NCBI GenBank assembly: GCA_934130215.1
Contig: CAKOXR010000001.1
Location: 1 to 57,793 of the forward strand
Reading direction: 5' to 3'
From: an uncultured Bacilli bacterium
GTDB taxonomy: Bacteria; Bacillota_I; Bacilli_A; RF39; UBA660
Length of the DNA stretch: 57,793 nucleotides
The notes beneath the pieces were generated by a model, which saw only the letters and a program-made list of their open reading frames with translations, did not search any database and was not told where the DNA came from. The position numbers and the translations under genes were made by a program. Numbering within the stretch: position 1 is the first letter of the stretch; the number at the start of each line of letters is the position of its first letter. This document shows, piece by piece, positions 36,988 through 46,191 of the stretch.

Positions 36988-37022
36988 AAAAAGAGATTTT
37001 TTTATAAAAATTTGATATAATT
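36988..37022 (+). repeat. Direct repeat copy 2; the murC promoter
   Basis: Same 35-mer as 35662-35696. TGaTATAAT lies at 37013-37021, 24 nt upstream of the murC ATG. Confidence 0.9.
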
Positions 37023-37044
37023 TTATTAAGAAAAGAGGAATAAA

Positions 37045-38337
37045 ATGAAATACTATTGTATTGGTATAAAAGGATCAGGAATGGCTGCACTTGCTTGCAT
37101 ACTAAAAGATTTAGGAAATGAAGTATGTGGATATGATGATGATACATCATACAAATATACTCTTGAAGGATTAAATAAAAGAAATATAAAAGTTTATAGC
37201 GATAACAACCATGAAATAGATAAAGATTCAATCGTAACATATTCAAAAGCATTTTCTTTAGATCATCCAGAAATGAAAAGATGTAAAAACTTAAATTTAA
37301 AATTTATTGAATATTTTGATTTAATGGGACGATTATCTAAAGAATTTTATACAATTGGAGTAAGTGGAACTCATGGAAAAACAACAGTTTCTAGTTTATT
37401 AAGAACAATAATTGGACCAAAAGCTAATTATTTTATCGGAGATGGAGAAGGCTATGCTTCAAAAGAAAACAAAATTATGATTATGGAATCATGTGAATTT
37501 AATAAACATTTTTTAAATTATTTTCCTAGTTTAGCTATAATAACTAATATAGATAGAGATCATACAGAATGTTATAAAGATATGGATGATTTAACTAATT
37601 CTTTTAAAGAATTTGGATCAAGAGCTAGTAAAGTTATTTGTTTAGGGGATGATAAAAGAATAAAAAGTATTAATTTTGATAATGTTATTTATTATGGTAT
37701 GTCAGAAGATAATGATTATTATTGTAAAAATATAATTAAAAATGAAAAAGGAAATACTTTTGATTTATATAAAAAAGGACAATTTTTAGAAACTATTTAT
37801 GTACCTTTATTTGGAGATCATATGATTTTAGATACACTTGGTGCTATTAGTTGTGCTTTAGAAATTGGTATTAATATTAATATTATTAAAGAAAAATTAA
37901 TCAATTTTGAAAATGCTAAAAGAAGATTTAAAGAAATTAAAATTGATGATACTGTTATAATTGATGATTATGCTCATCATCCAACTGAAATAAAAGCAAC
38001 ACTTGAAAGTGCTAAACAAAAATATCCAAATAAAAAAATAATTGCGGTTTTTATGCCAAATACTTATTCTAGATATAAAGATTATGCCGAAGAATTTGTT
38101 GAAACATTTAAAAAAGCAGATTATACATTTTTAACAATGGTTTGTTCTAATAGAGAAAAAAAGGAAGATTATAATATAGATAGCACTGATATTATAAAAG
38201 AAATAAATGGAGAAATTTTAACAGATGATTTAAGTAGTTTATTAAAATATAAAGGTTCTGTATTTTGTTTTATGAGTTGTGCATCTATTTACCATATTGA
38301 AGAAAAATTTGAAAATTTATTAAAAAAATCAGTATAA
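37045..38337 (+). CDS. murC: UDP-N-acetylmuramate--L-alanine ligase
   Basis: YYCIGIKGSGMAALACILKDLG and GVSGTHGKTTVSS motifs. Confidence 0.9.
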   Translation: MKYYCIGIKGSGMAALACILKDLGNEVCGYDDDTSYKYTLEGLNKRNIKVYSDNNHEIDKDSIVTYSKAFSLDHPEMKRCKNLNLKFIEYFDLMGRLSKEFYTIGVSGTHGKTTVSSLLRTIIGPKANYFIGDGEGYASKENKIMIMESCEFNKHFLNYFPSLAIITNIDRDHTECYKDMDDLTNSFKEFGSRASKVICLGDDKRIKSINFDNVIYYGMSEDNDYYCKNIIKNEKGNTFDLYKKGQFLETIYVPLFGDHMILDTLGAISCALEIGININIIKEKLINFENAKRRFKEIKIDDTVIIDDYAHHPTEIKATLESAKQKYPNKKIIAVFMPNTYSRYKDYAEEFVETFKKADYTFLTMVCSNREKKEDYNIDSTDIIKEINGEILTDDLSSLLKYKGSVFCFMSCASIYHIEEKFENLLKKSV

Positions 38338-38351
38338 TACTGATTTTTTTT
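38328..38351 (+). terminator. Rho-independent terminator overlapping the murC stop codon
   Basis: ATCAGTA, loop TAA, TACTGAT, followed by TTTTTTT. Confidence 0.6.
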
Positions 38352-38386
38352 AATTATTATGATAAAATAAAAAAAGGTGATTAAAA

Positions 38387-39493
38387 ATGACATATTTGGA
38401 TTATTCTGCTACAACTCCTGTTAATAAAGAAGTTTTGGATAGTTTTAATAAAGTTACAAATGATTTTTTTGGAAATCCTAATTCTTTACATAGATTAGGG
38501 GTTGAAGCAAAAGAAATAATTGATGAAGCAACAAAACAAATTGCAAATATTTTAAATATTAAAGAAGAAGAAATAATTTATACAAGTGGTGCTTCTGAAA
38601 GTAATAATACAGCAATTAAAGGAATTTGTTTTAAATATCAAAATAGAGGTAAAAAAATATTAACAACAAAACTAGAACATTCTAGTATATATGGAGCTTT
38701 AGGATATTTACAAAAAAATGGTTTTATTGTTGATTTTATTGATTTAGATGAAAATGGTGAAGTTGATTTAGTTGATTTAAAAACTAAATTAACAAGTGAT
38801 ACTATATTAGTTACAATAAGTCATGTAAATAGTGAACTTGGAATTAAACAAAATATAAATGAAATTGGTAAATTAATTCATGAAAATAGTAAAGCTTATT
38901 TTCATGTTGATATGACTCAATCAATTGGTAAAATAAATGTATCATTTGATAATATAGATCTTGCTTCTTTTACAGCACATAAAATTTATGGTTTAAAAGG
39001 AATTGGGGCTTTATATTTAAAAAAAGGTATTGTTATTGATAACTTAATTCATGGGGGTAAAAGTACTAGTATATATAGAAGTGGTACTCCTTCTCCTGCT
39101 TTAATTGTTTCGTTTTCTAAAGCTTTAAGATTAATTTATGATAATATAGATGATAAATATAAACATGTTGAATCTTTAAATAAATATTTAAAAGATAATT
39201 TAAACTGTTATATTAATAGTACTTCATCATCTATACCACATATTTTAAATTTATCTGTTTTAGATATTAAACCTGAAACTTTATTACATGCTTTAGAAGA
39301 ATATAATATATTTATATCTACTCAAAGTGCTTGTTCAACAGGTGATACTAGTACTAGTGTGTATGCTGTTACAAATGATATTTTAAGAGCAAAACATAGT
39401 ATAAGAATTAGTTTATCTTACTTAACTACATTTGATGAGGTTGAATATTTTATAAAATGTTTTAATGAGGTTATTTTGAAATATGGAAAATAA
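38387..39493 (+). CDS. Cysteine desulfurase (class V aminotransferase, NifS/IscS-like)
   Basis: SGASESNN, FTAHKIYG (PLP lysine) and STQSACSTG (active-site Cys loop). Confidence 0.85.
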   Translation: MTYLDYSATTPVNKEVLDSFNKVTNDFFGNPNSLHRLGVEAKEIIDEATKQIANILNIKEEEIIYTSGASESNNTAIKGICFKYQNRGKKILTTKLEHSSIYGALGYLQKNGFIVDFIDLDENGEVDLVDLKTKLTSDTILVTISHVNSELGIKQNINEIGKLIHENSKAYFHVDMTQSIGKINVSFDNIDLASFTAHKIYGLKGIGALYLKKGIVIDNLIHGGKSTSIYRSGTPSPALIVSFSKALRLIYDNIDDKYKHVESLNKYLKDNLNCYINSTSSSIPHILNLSVLDIKPETLLHALEEYNIFISTQSACSTGDTSTSVYAVTNDILRAKHSIRISLSYLTTFDEVEYFIKCFNEVILKYGK

Positions 39494-39728
39494 AATAACC
39501 GTTGTTGAGATAAGTGCTATATGGTGTCCTAGTTGTTTAGTAATGAGACCTATATATGATAAAATATATAAAAAATATAATTTATCTGTTATTAAATTAG
39601 ATTATGATACTGATTCAATTAATGAATATAATGTTGGTAATATATTACCAGTTTTAATAATCAATGATAAAAGATTTATTGGTGAAGTTAATATAAAGGA
39701 AATAGAAAATTATTTGGAGAATTTATGA
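39483..39728 (+). CDS. Small thioredoxin-fold protein (WCPSC)
   Basis: 81 aa, no signal peptide, CxxC motif WCPSC. Overlaps the desulfurase stop. Confidence 0.7.
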   Translation: MENKITVVEISAIWCPSCLVMRPIYDKIYKKYNLSVIKLDYDTDSINEYNVGNILPVLIINDKRFIGEVNIKEIENYLENL

Positions 39729-40189
39729 AAAAAATAGTATTTATTTTATTATTTATGATATTTATAAATGTTAATGCAAAAGTAAATGTTTCATTATTTT
39801 ATGGAGAAGGATGTCCTTATTGTAAGAATTTTGAAGAATTTGCTTATAAAAATAGTGAAAAATATGATTTTAATCTTATAAAATATGAAGTTTGGTCTAA
39901 TAAAAAAAATAATGATTTATTAAAAAAAGTTGCTTCTAAATTTGGTGATACTGATATAGGTATTCCTTATATAGTTATTGGTAATAAAAGAATTATTGGA
40001 TGGACTAGTGCTAAAACAAAATTATTTGTTGATTTAATTAATAAACAAAAAGAATATGAAATGTGTGATATTATAAATGATAACTCTTGTACAAAAGATA
40101 GTGGTACAAATATATCAATTTTTAAAGGAACCGTATTTGCAACATATATTAAAAATTATGCTACAATTGTTTTAAATTTATTTGGATAG
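39725..40189 (+). CDS. Secreted thioredoxin/glutaredoxin-fold CxxC protein
   Basis: Signal peptide, GCPYC motif, IPYIVIGN (cis-Pro loop region). ATGA overlap with the upstream gene. Confidence 0.65.
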   Translation: MKKIVFILLFMIFINVNAKVNVSLFYGEGCPYCKNFEEFAYKNSEKYDFNLIKYEVWSNKKNNDLLKKVASKFGDTDIGIPYIVIGNKRIIGWTSAKTKLFVDLINKQKEYEMCDIINDNSCTKDSGTNISIFKGTVFATYIKNYATIVLNLFG

Positions 40190-40198
40190 GATGTATAT

Positions 40199-41356
40199 AT
40201 GAAGAAGTTAATTTTAATTTTTATAAGTTTTTTTATAATATTTAATGTAAGTGCTAAAACAGCAAAAGTTTATTTATTTTATGGAGATGGTTGTCCACAT
40301 TGTTCTCAATTTGAGAAGTTTGCTAACAAAAATAAAGATAAATATAATTTTGAAATTATTTCTTATGAAACATGGTATAATGATGAAAATAGTGCTTTAT
40401 TAGATAAATTATATGAAAAATTTAATGATAATAAAGCAGGAGTCCCTTATATTGTTATAGGAAATCAAAGAATTATTGGTTGGAATACTGCTAATGAAGA
40501 AAAGTTTATTTCAATGATTAAAAAAAATAGACAAAATGATATTTGTGATATTGTAGAAGATGTTTTAAATGGAACAAATAAATGTACTTTAGGCTTAGAT
40601 ATTGATGGTAAAGTAAAAATACCTTTTATTGGTTATGTTGAACCAGAAGAAGCTTCTTTAGGTTTGATTGCAATGATAATCGGACTTGTTGATGGATTTA
40701 ATCCATGTGCAATGTGGGTTTTATTATTTTTACTTTCAGTTTTAATTAATATGAAAGATAGAAAAAGAATGTGGGTTATTGGTTTTACTTTTCTATTTAC
40801 AAGTGGTTTAGTATATTTTCTTATTATGGGATCTTGGGTAACTGTTGTATCTAAGATGAGTGATATTATTTTATTAAGAAATATAATTGCTATAATTGCT
40901 GTAATAGGGGGTATATATAATTTATATAACTTTTTTAAAGTTAGTCCAACAGGTTGTAATGTAACAGATAATAAAAAAAGAAAAAAAATAATGGATCGTA
41001 TAAAAGAATTTTGTTTAGAAAAAAACTTTTTGCTTGCTATTATTGGAACTATTGGTTTAGCTGTTTCTATTAATGTAGTAGAACTTGCTTGTTCTGCAGG
41101 ATTACCTATAGTTTTTTCAGAAATTCTTAGTGTTAATAATTTAAGTGGTTTTGAACATTTTATATATTTATTAATTTATATAATTTTCTTTATGTTAGAT
41201 GATATTATTATTTTTATATTAGCGATGACTACAATGAAATTAACTGGAATATCAAATAAATATAGTAAATATTCTCATTTAGTAGGTGGTTTAATTATGA
41301 TAGTTGTTGGAATACTTTTACTTTTTAAACCAGAATGGATAATGTTAAGTTTTTAG
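40199..41356 (+). CDS. Secreted thioredoxin-fold CxxC domain fused to a DsbD/CcdA-like multi-TM domain
   Basis: The N-terminal ~120 aa are paralogous to the previous gene (GCPHC, VPYIVIGN). The membrane part carries GFNPCAMW and ELACSAGLP, which look like TM-embedded Cys motifs. Confidence 0.6.
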   Translation: MKKLILIFISFFIIFNVSAKTAKVYLFYGDGCPHCSQFEKFANKNKDKYNFEIISYETWYNDENSALLDKLYEKFNDNKAGVPYIVIGNQRIIGWNTANEEKFISMIKKNRQNDICDIVEDVLNGTNKCTLGLDIDGKVKIPFIGYVEPEEASLGLIAMIIGLVDGFNPCAMWVLLFLLSVLINMKDRKRMWVIGFTFLFTSGLVYFLIMGSWVTVVSKMSDIILLRNIIAIIAVIGGIYNLYNFFKVSPTGCNVTDNKKRKKIMDRIKEFCLEKNFLLAIIGTIGLAVSINVVELACSAGLPIVFSEILSVNNLSGFEHFIYLLIYIIFFMLDDIIIFILAMTTMKLTGISNKYSKYSHLVGGLIMIVVGILLLFKPEWIMLSF

Positions 41357-41425
41357 AAATAAAAACTTTTTTTTAAACTTGTTTTAATAAATATTATATG
41401 ATACACTATTATTGGGAGGAATACT

Positions 41426-42712
41426 ATGGAAGTTGCTTTTGTAGAATATGAAATAGTAGATATTGATAAAAAGGGGATCAAAATTTTAATGCCTAAAAGA
41501 GCTTCAATTGGAAATTTAAATAATTTTGAAATTACTTTTGGTTCAGAAAAAATAAAACATATTTCTAAAACAAATTATAAAAATAATGAAACTTGTTTTG
41601 TTGATACAATTTCTGTTGATGAATTTAAAAAAGAATTAAAAGGAGAGTATGATGCTAATATTTTAATTGAAGAATTAGTAAATCAAGTTAATTCAGAAAT
41701 TATTTATATTGAAGATGGTCAAGTAAAACAAGAATTAAAAGAAAAATTTGAGAAAGAAAGGAATCTAGAAATTGATTATTCTAAAAGAGAAATTGATGAA
41801 ATTGAATATAAAGATTATACTATTAAAGAATTAGTTGAATCTATTGAAAAAAAGATTATGTTTCAAAGAGAAGCTATTAAAAAAATTGCATCAACTTTAG
41901 TTAATAATCAATATTTAGAAAATCCAAAAAATATAGTTTTATTAGGATCAAAAGGTGTTGGGAAAAGTAAAATTGTTGATTTAGTTGCAAGAGAACTTGC
42001 ATCACCTTATGCTAAAGTTGAAAATTTTGATGGTGATTCTTTAATTAATGCTTATTTAACTTTATTTTTAAAAACTAACAAAGATAATAAATGTACTGGT
42101 CCATCTATAATATTTATTGATGGAATAAATAGAGGAATTGAAAAAGTTTCAAAAATTGATGGAGATATTTTAGTTGAAATAATTTCCAAAATATTTAAGA
42201 AAAAATCTCCGTTTCCGATTGCTCTTAATGAATCTCAAACAATTTTATTTGATCCAAGTGATATAAATTATATAGTTGCACTTGATTTAGAGAATGATAT
42301 TGATATGCCATATTTAATGGGACTTGGTAAAGATTCTAGTAAAGAAAAAGAAAAAATAATTAATCATTTAAGAGAAATGTTAGTAGATTCTAATTGTGAA
42401 ATAATTGATATGAATAATTTAACAGAAGCAAATTTAGTTGAAATTTTAAAAAAATCAGAAATTAGTCCAATTAATGAATATAAAAAAATATTATCAGTTC
42501 AAGGAACTAAATTAAATGTATCAAATAAAGCATATGAATTATTAGCAAACTCTGCATATAAATTAAATAAAGGAGCAAAAGGTTTAAATATTATAACTGA
42601 TTATGTTGTTTTAGATGATGTTGTTGAAGCACAGTATAATGGTTGTGATATAGTTAGAATAAATCAAAATAAAGTATTAAAAAAAATAAATTCAAATAAA
42701 AAATTATATTAA
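41426..42712 (+). CDS. ClpX-like AAA+ ATPase paralogue with a non-canonical Walker B and no zinc-finger N-domain
   Basis: Walker A LLGSKGVGKS. The Walker B position reads IIFIDGINR, with Gly where the catalytic Glu is expected. The C-terminal GAKGLN corresponds to the ClpX GARGLR motif. Confidence 0.55.
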   Translation: MEVAFVEYEIVDIDKKGIKILMPKRASIGNLNNFEITFGSEKIKHISKTNYKNNETCFVDTISVDEFKKELKGEYDANILIEELVNQVNSEIIYIEDGQVKQELKEKFEKERNLEIDYSKREIDEIEYKDYTIKELVESIEKKIMFQREAIKKIASTLVNNQYLENPKNIVLLGSKGVGKSKIVDLVARELASPYAKVENFDGDSLINAYLTLFLKTNKDNKCTGPSIIFIDGINRGIEKVSKIDGDILVEIISKIFKKKSPFPIALNESQTILFDPSDINYIVALDLENDIDMPYLMGLGKDSSKEKEKIINHLREMLVDSNCEIIDMNNLTEANLVEILKKSEISPINEYKKILSVQGTKLNVSNKAYELLANSAYKLNKGAKGLNIITDYVVLDDVVEAQYNGCDIVRINQNKVLKKINSNKKLY

Positions 42713-42736
42713 AAAAACTCTAAAAGAGTTTTTTTT
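42712..42736. terminator. Bidirectional rho-independent terminator
   Basis: AAAAAACTCT, loop AAA, AGAGTTTTTT. Confidence 0.65.
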
Positions 42737-42896
42737 AATTATTAGTTCCTGGACCAAATGCTCTTGCACCAAGTATAATTACAAGTAAAATAAATAGTAC
42801 TAATACAATTGCTCCGTTATAATTTGATTGGTAACCATATCCTGTGTTAACTCCTGCATAAGGAGTATAACCACTATTACATCCATAATAATACAT
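42735..42896 (-). CDS. YjcZ-family-like small sporulation protein (53 aa), absent from the ORF track
   Basis: My translation of the minus strand gives MYYYGCNSGYTPYAGVNTGYGYQSNYNGAIVLVLFILLVIILGARAFGPGTNN. GGAGG RBS lies 8 nt upstream. The G/Y-rich head followed by an IVLVLFILLVII helix is the YjcZ pattern. Confidence 0.55.
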   Translation of the reverse strand: MYYYGCNSGYTPYAGVNTGYGYQSNYNGAIVLVLFILLVIILGARAFGPGTNN

Positions 42897-43016
42897 ATAA
42901 AATCCTCCTATCTATTAATAGTCTATTTTATTATGTAAATAATGTTTATAACATTTGTCTAGGTGTTTGCAAATCTTTAAAATTATGATATCATATAAAA
43001 TAGAAGATGGTGAAAA

Positions 43017-44183
43017 ATGAAAAAAGTAATTAAAAATTTTAAAAGTATGAATTTAACTTTATTATTTTGGACAATGGTAATGTTTTTATATGGTTTATTT
43101 AATATTGTTACTGCATCTAGTAGAGAAGCTGAAGTAATGTATAATGCTGGATTATATTATTATTTTTTTAGACAACTTAAAATGTTAGTTTTAGGTATTA
43201 TTGGATCTTTAGTAATAATAAATGTTGATACAAAAAAATATCCTTTTATATCTTTTGTTTTATATTTATTTATATTTAATCTTTTAATATATATGTTATT
43301 TAATGGAAGTGCTGATAGAGGAAGTATAAACTGGATAAATTTACCATTTATTGGAAGATTTCAACCTTCAGAAGCTGCTAAACCTATTTCAATTGTATTT
43401 TTTGCTTTTATTTTAGATAAATTTAGTAATTTGGTTAATATAAAAGATAAAAGTAGATGGAAATATATAATAATATTATTTATTATTATGTTTATATTAC
43501 CAGGTATTATATTTTTTCATAATGATATGGGGACTGCTTCTATATTACTTGGTATAACTGGTATTATGTTTTTAGGTGGACCTGTTAAAAATATTGATAA
43601 ATTAAGAGCGATTATGGTTTCAATTATATTTGTTTCTTTAGTTGGTGGAATGAGATATTTTACAAAAGGTTATGTTTTAACTGAAGAACAATTATCAAGA
43701 ATTACAGATTTTATTAAACCTTGTAGTAAATATACTGATGGTGGATATCAAGCTTGTAATGATTTTATTGCAATTAATAATGGTGGTTTAAATGGTGTTG
43801 GTATTGGAGAAAGCAAACAAAAGTATTCATATATTCCAGAACCTCATACTGATAGTGTATTTGCTATAATAGCGGAAGAATATGGTTTGATTTTTACTAG
43901 TTTTATTTTACTTATTTATTTTATAATTATAAGAACAATTTTAAAAATTGCTTATACCGCTGATAATTTGATGAATAAATATATGTGTTTAGGATGTGCT
44001 GGTTATATATTTTTACATATTGTTATAAATCTTGGTGGTTTAATGGGGTTAATGCCAATGACTGGTGTTCCGCTTCCGTTTTTAAGTTATGGTGGTACAT
44101 TTGCAATTTCTTTAATGGGTATGCTTGCTATTGTACAAAGAGTTTCTATTGAAACAAAATTAAATAAAAAAGTAAAAATATAA
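43017..44183 (+). CDS. SEDS family peptidoglycan glycosyltransferase (FtsW/SpoVE position), copy 2
   Basis: PSEAAKP, PEPHTDSVFA and LPFLSYGGT motifs. Lies directly upstream of murG, murB and divIB. Confidence 0.85.
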   Translation: MKKVIKNFKSMNLTLLFWTMVMFLYGLFNIVTASSREAEVMYNAGLYYYFFRQLKMLVLGIIGSLVIINVDTKKYPFISFVLYLFIFNLLIYMLFNGSADRGSINWINLPFIGRFQPSEAAKPISIVFFAFILDKFSNLVNIKDKSRWKYIIILFIIMFILPGIIFFHNDMGTASILLGITGIMFLGGPVKNIDKLRAIMVSIIFVSLVGGMRYFTKGYVLTEEQLSRITDFIKPCSKYTDGGYQACNDFIAINNGGLNGVGIGESKQKYSYIPEPHTDSVFAIIAEEYGLIFTSFILLIYFIIIRTILKIAYTADNLMNKYMCLGCAGYIFLHIVINLGGLMGLMPMTGVPLPFLSYGGTFAISLMGMLAIVQRVSIETKLNKKVKI

Positions 44184-44227
44184 ATTTTTAAACATATATT
44201 GTGGTATAATGATAATGAGGTGAATTT

Positions 44228-45307
44228 ATGAGAATTGTAATAAGTGCTGGTGGTACTGGGGGACATATTTATCCTGCACTTGCTATAATAAATAAGATTA
44301 AGGAAAAAGAACCTGATAGTGAGTTTTTATATATTGGAACTCATAATAGAATGGAAAAAGATATTATTCCTAATAAGGGTATTCCTTATAAGGAAATTGA
44401 AATATATGGTTTTAATAAAAAAGTTTTATTAAATTTTAGGTTATTTAAATGTGTTATAAAAAGTTATTTTGAATGTAAAAAAATTATTAAGAGTTTTAAA
44501 CCTGATATTGTAATAGGTGTTGGTGGATATGTTACTGCTCCTGTTATTCTAGCTGGATCTAAACTTAAATATAAAACTTTTATTCATGAACAAAATAGTG
44601 TTCCTGGTAAAACTAATAGATTTTTATCAAAATATGTTAGTAAAATTGGTGTTTCATTTGAGGAAAGTAAAAAATATTTTCCTTTAGATAAAACTGTTTT
44701 TACTGGTAATCCTTGTTGTGAACTCGCTTTAGAATCTGGTTTGATGGATTTAAAAGAATTGGGTATAAATAAAGATTTTGTTTATATTGTAATGGGTTCT
44801 CTTGGTTCTGATAAAATGAGTAGTATATTACTTGATGATTTGAATAAATTTAATTTTAATAATTATAATGTTGTTATAGTTACTGGTAATAGTTATTATG
44901 AAAAGGTAAAAAATAATAAGTTTCCTAAAAATGTTATAGTTTTACCTTATGTTGATAATCAAACAAGATTGATGAAACAAGCAAAGTTAGTTGTTAGTAG
45001 GTGTGGAGCTACTACATTGGGTGAGATTGCTACTTTAGGTCTTCCTTCTATTTTAATTCCTAGTCCTTATGTTGCTGATAATCATCAATATAAAAATGGT
45101 CTTGTTTTGTCTGATAGGAAAGCTGCTATAATGATTGAAGAAAAGGATTTAAATAGTTCTATTCTTTATGAAAAGATTGATTATTTAATGAATCATCAAG
45201 ATGAACTTGATAAAATGAAGAATAATTTAAAGGGGTTGACACTAGCTAATGGTGCAACTAATATTTATAATTTGCTTGCATCTATGATTGGAGATAAAAA
45301 TGATTGA
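44228..45307 (+). CDS. murG: Undecaprenyl-PP-MurNAc-pentapeptide N-acetylglucosamine transferase
   Basis: ISAGGTGGHIYPALAI N-terminus and RCGATTLGEIA. Confidence 0.9.
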   Translation: MRIVISAGGTGGHIYPALAIINKIKEKEPDSEFLYIGTHNRMEKDIIPNKGIPYKEIEIYGFNKKVLLNFRLFKCVIKSYFECKKIIKSFKPDIVIGVGGYVTAPVILAGSKLKYKTFIHEQNSVPGKTNRFLSKYVSKIGVSFEESKKYFPLDKTVFTGNPCCELALESGLMDLKELGINKDFVYIVMGSLGSDKMSSILLDDLNKFNFNNYNVVIVTGNSYYEKVKNNKFPKNVIVLPYVDNQTRLMKQAKLVVSRCGATTLGEIATLGLPSILIPSPYVADNHQYKNGLVLSDRKAAIMIEEKDLNSSILYEKIDYLMNHQDELDKMKNNLKGLTLANGATNIYNLLASMIGDKND

Positions 45308-46184
45308 TAAAATTAAAAATATGAATTTTGGGGAAGTTTTAGAGAATGTTGATTTAAGAAAATATACAACTTATAAAGTAGGTGGTACTGGTAGATTACT
45401 TGTTATTCCTGATAATGTTTCTAAATTGATCGAATTAATTAATTATTTAAAATTAGAAAATATTAAATATAAAATACTTGGTAATGGTTCTAATTTGATT
45501 TTTGTAAATGATTATGATGGTGTTTTAATTAAACTTGATAAATTAAATAGTGTTTCTATTAATGATAATGTTGTTACATTAGGTGCTGGTGTTAGTTTAA
45601 TTTCTATTTCTTTAAAGGTTTCTAAGATGGGACTTAAGGGTATGGAGTTTGCAACTGGTATTCCTGGTACTGTTGGTGGTGCTGTTTATATGAATGCTGG
45701 TGCTTATAAGTCTGATATGGCGGCTATAATTAAGAGTGTTAAATTACTTGATAATGATGGTAATATTGTTGATTTTTCTAATGATGATTTAGAATTTGGG
45801 TATAGAAAATCTATTTTACAGAGTAATAAATATATATGTTTGGAAGCTACTTTAGTTTTAGAGCATGGTTCTTGTTTAGAGATAATGGAATTGATTGAAA
45901 AAAGAAAGCAGAAAAGACTTGAGACTCAACCTCTTGAATATCCTTCTGCGGGTTCTGTTTTTAGAAATCCTGATAATGATTTTGCTTGGAAGTATATTGA
46001 TGCTATTGGTTATAAGGGTAAAATGGTTGGTGGAGCTATGGTTAGTTTAAAACATGCTAATTTTATTATTAATACTGGTAAAGCTACTGGTAGTGATATT
46101 AAGAATCTTATTTATGATATAAAGGATAAAGTTAAAGAAAGGTTTAATATTGATTTAAAGATTGAACAAGAAATAGTGGAATAG
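45300..46184 (+). CDS. murB: UDP-N-acetylenolpyruvoylglucosamine reductase
   Basis: YTTYKVGG, GNGSNL, PSAGSVFRNP and HANFIIN motifs. GGAGA RBS precedes the ATG at 45300. Confidence 0.9.
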   Translation: MIDKIKNMNFGEVLENVDLRKYTTYKVGGTGRLLVIPDNVSKLIELINYLKLENIKYKILGNGSNLIFVNDYDGVLIKLDKLNSVSINDNVVTLGAGVSLISISLKVSKMGLKGMEFATGIPGTVGGAVYMNAGAYKSDMAAIIKSVKLLDNDGNIVDFSNDDLEFGYRKSILQSNKYICLEATLVLEHGSCLEIMELIEKRKQKRLETQPLEYPSAGSVFRNPDNDFAWKYIDAIGYKGKMVGGAMVSLKHANFIINTGKATGSDIKNLIYDIKDKVKERFNIDLKIEQEIVE

Positions 46185-46191
46185 GTGTTAT

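Noticed and set aside
36974-37252. Minus-strand 92-aa ORF across the murC start
   Set aside because: It is antisense to the highly conserved murC N-terminus and to the murC promoter repeat. It has no RBS.
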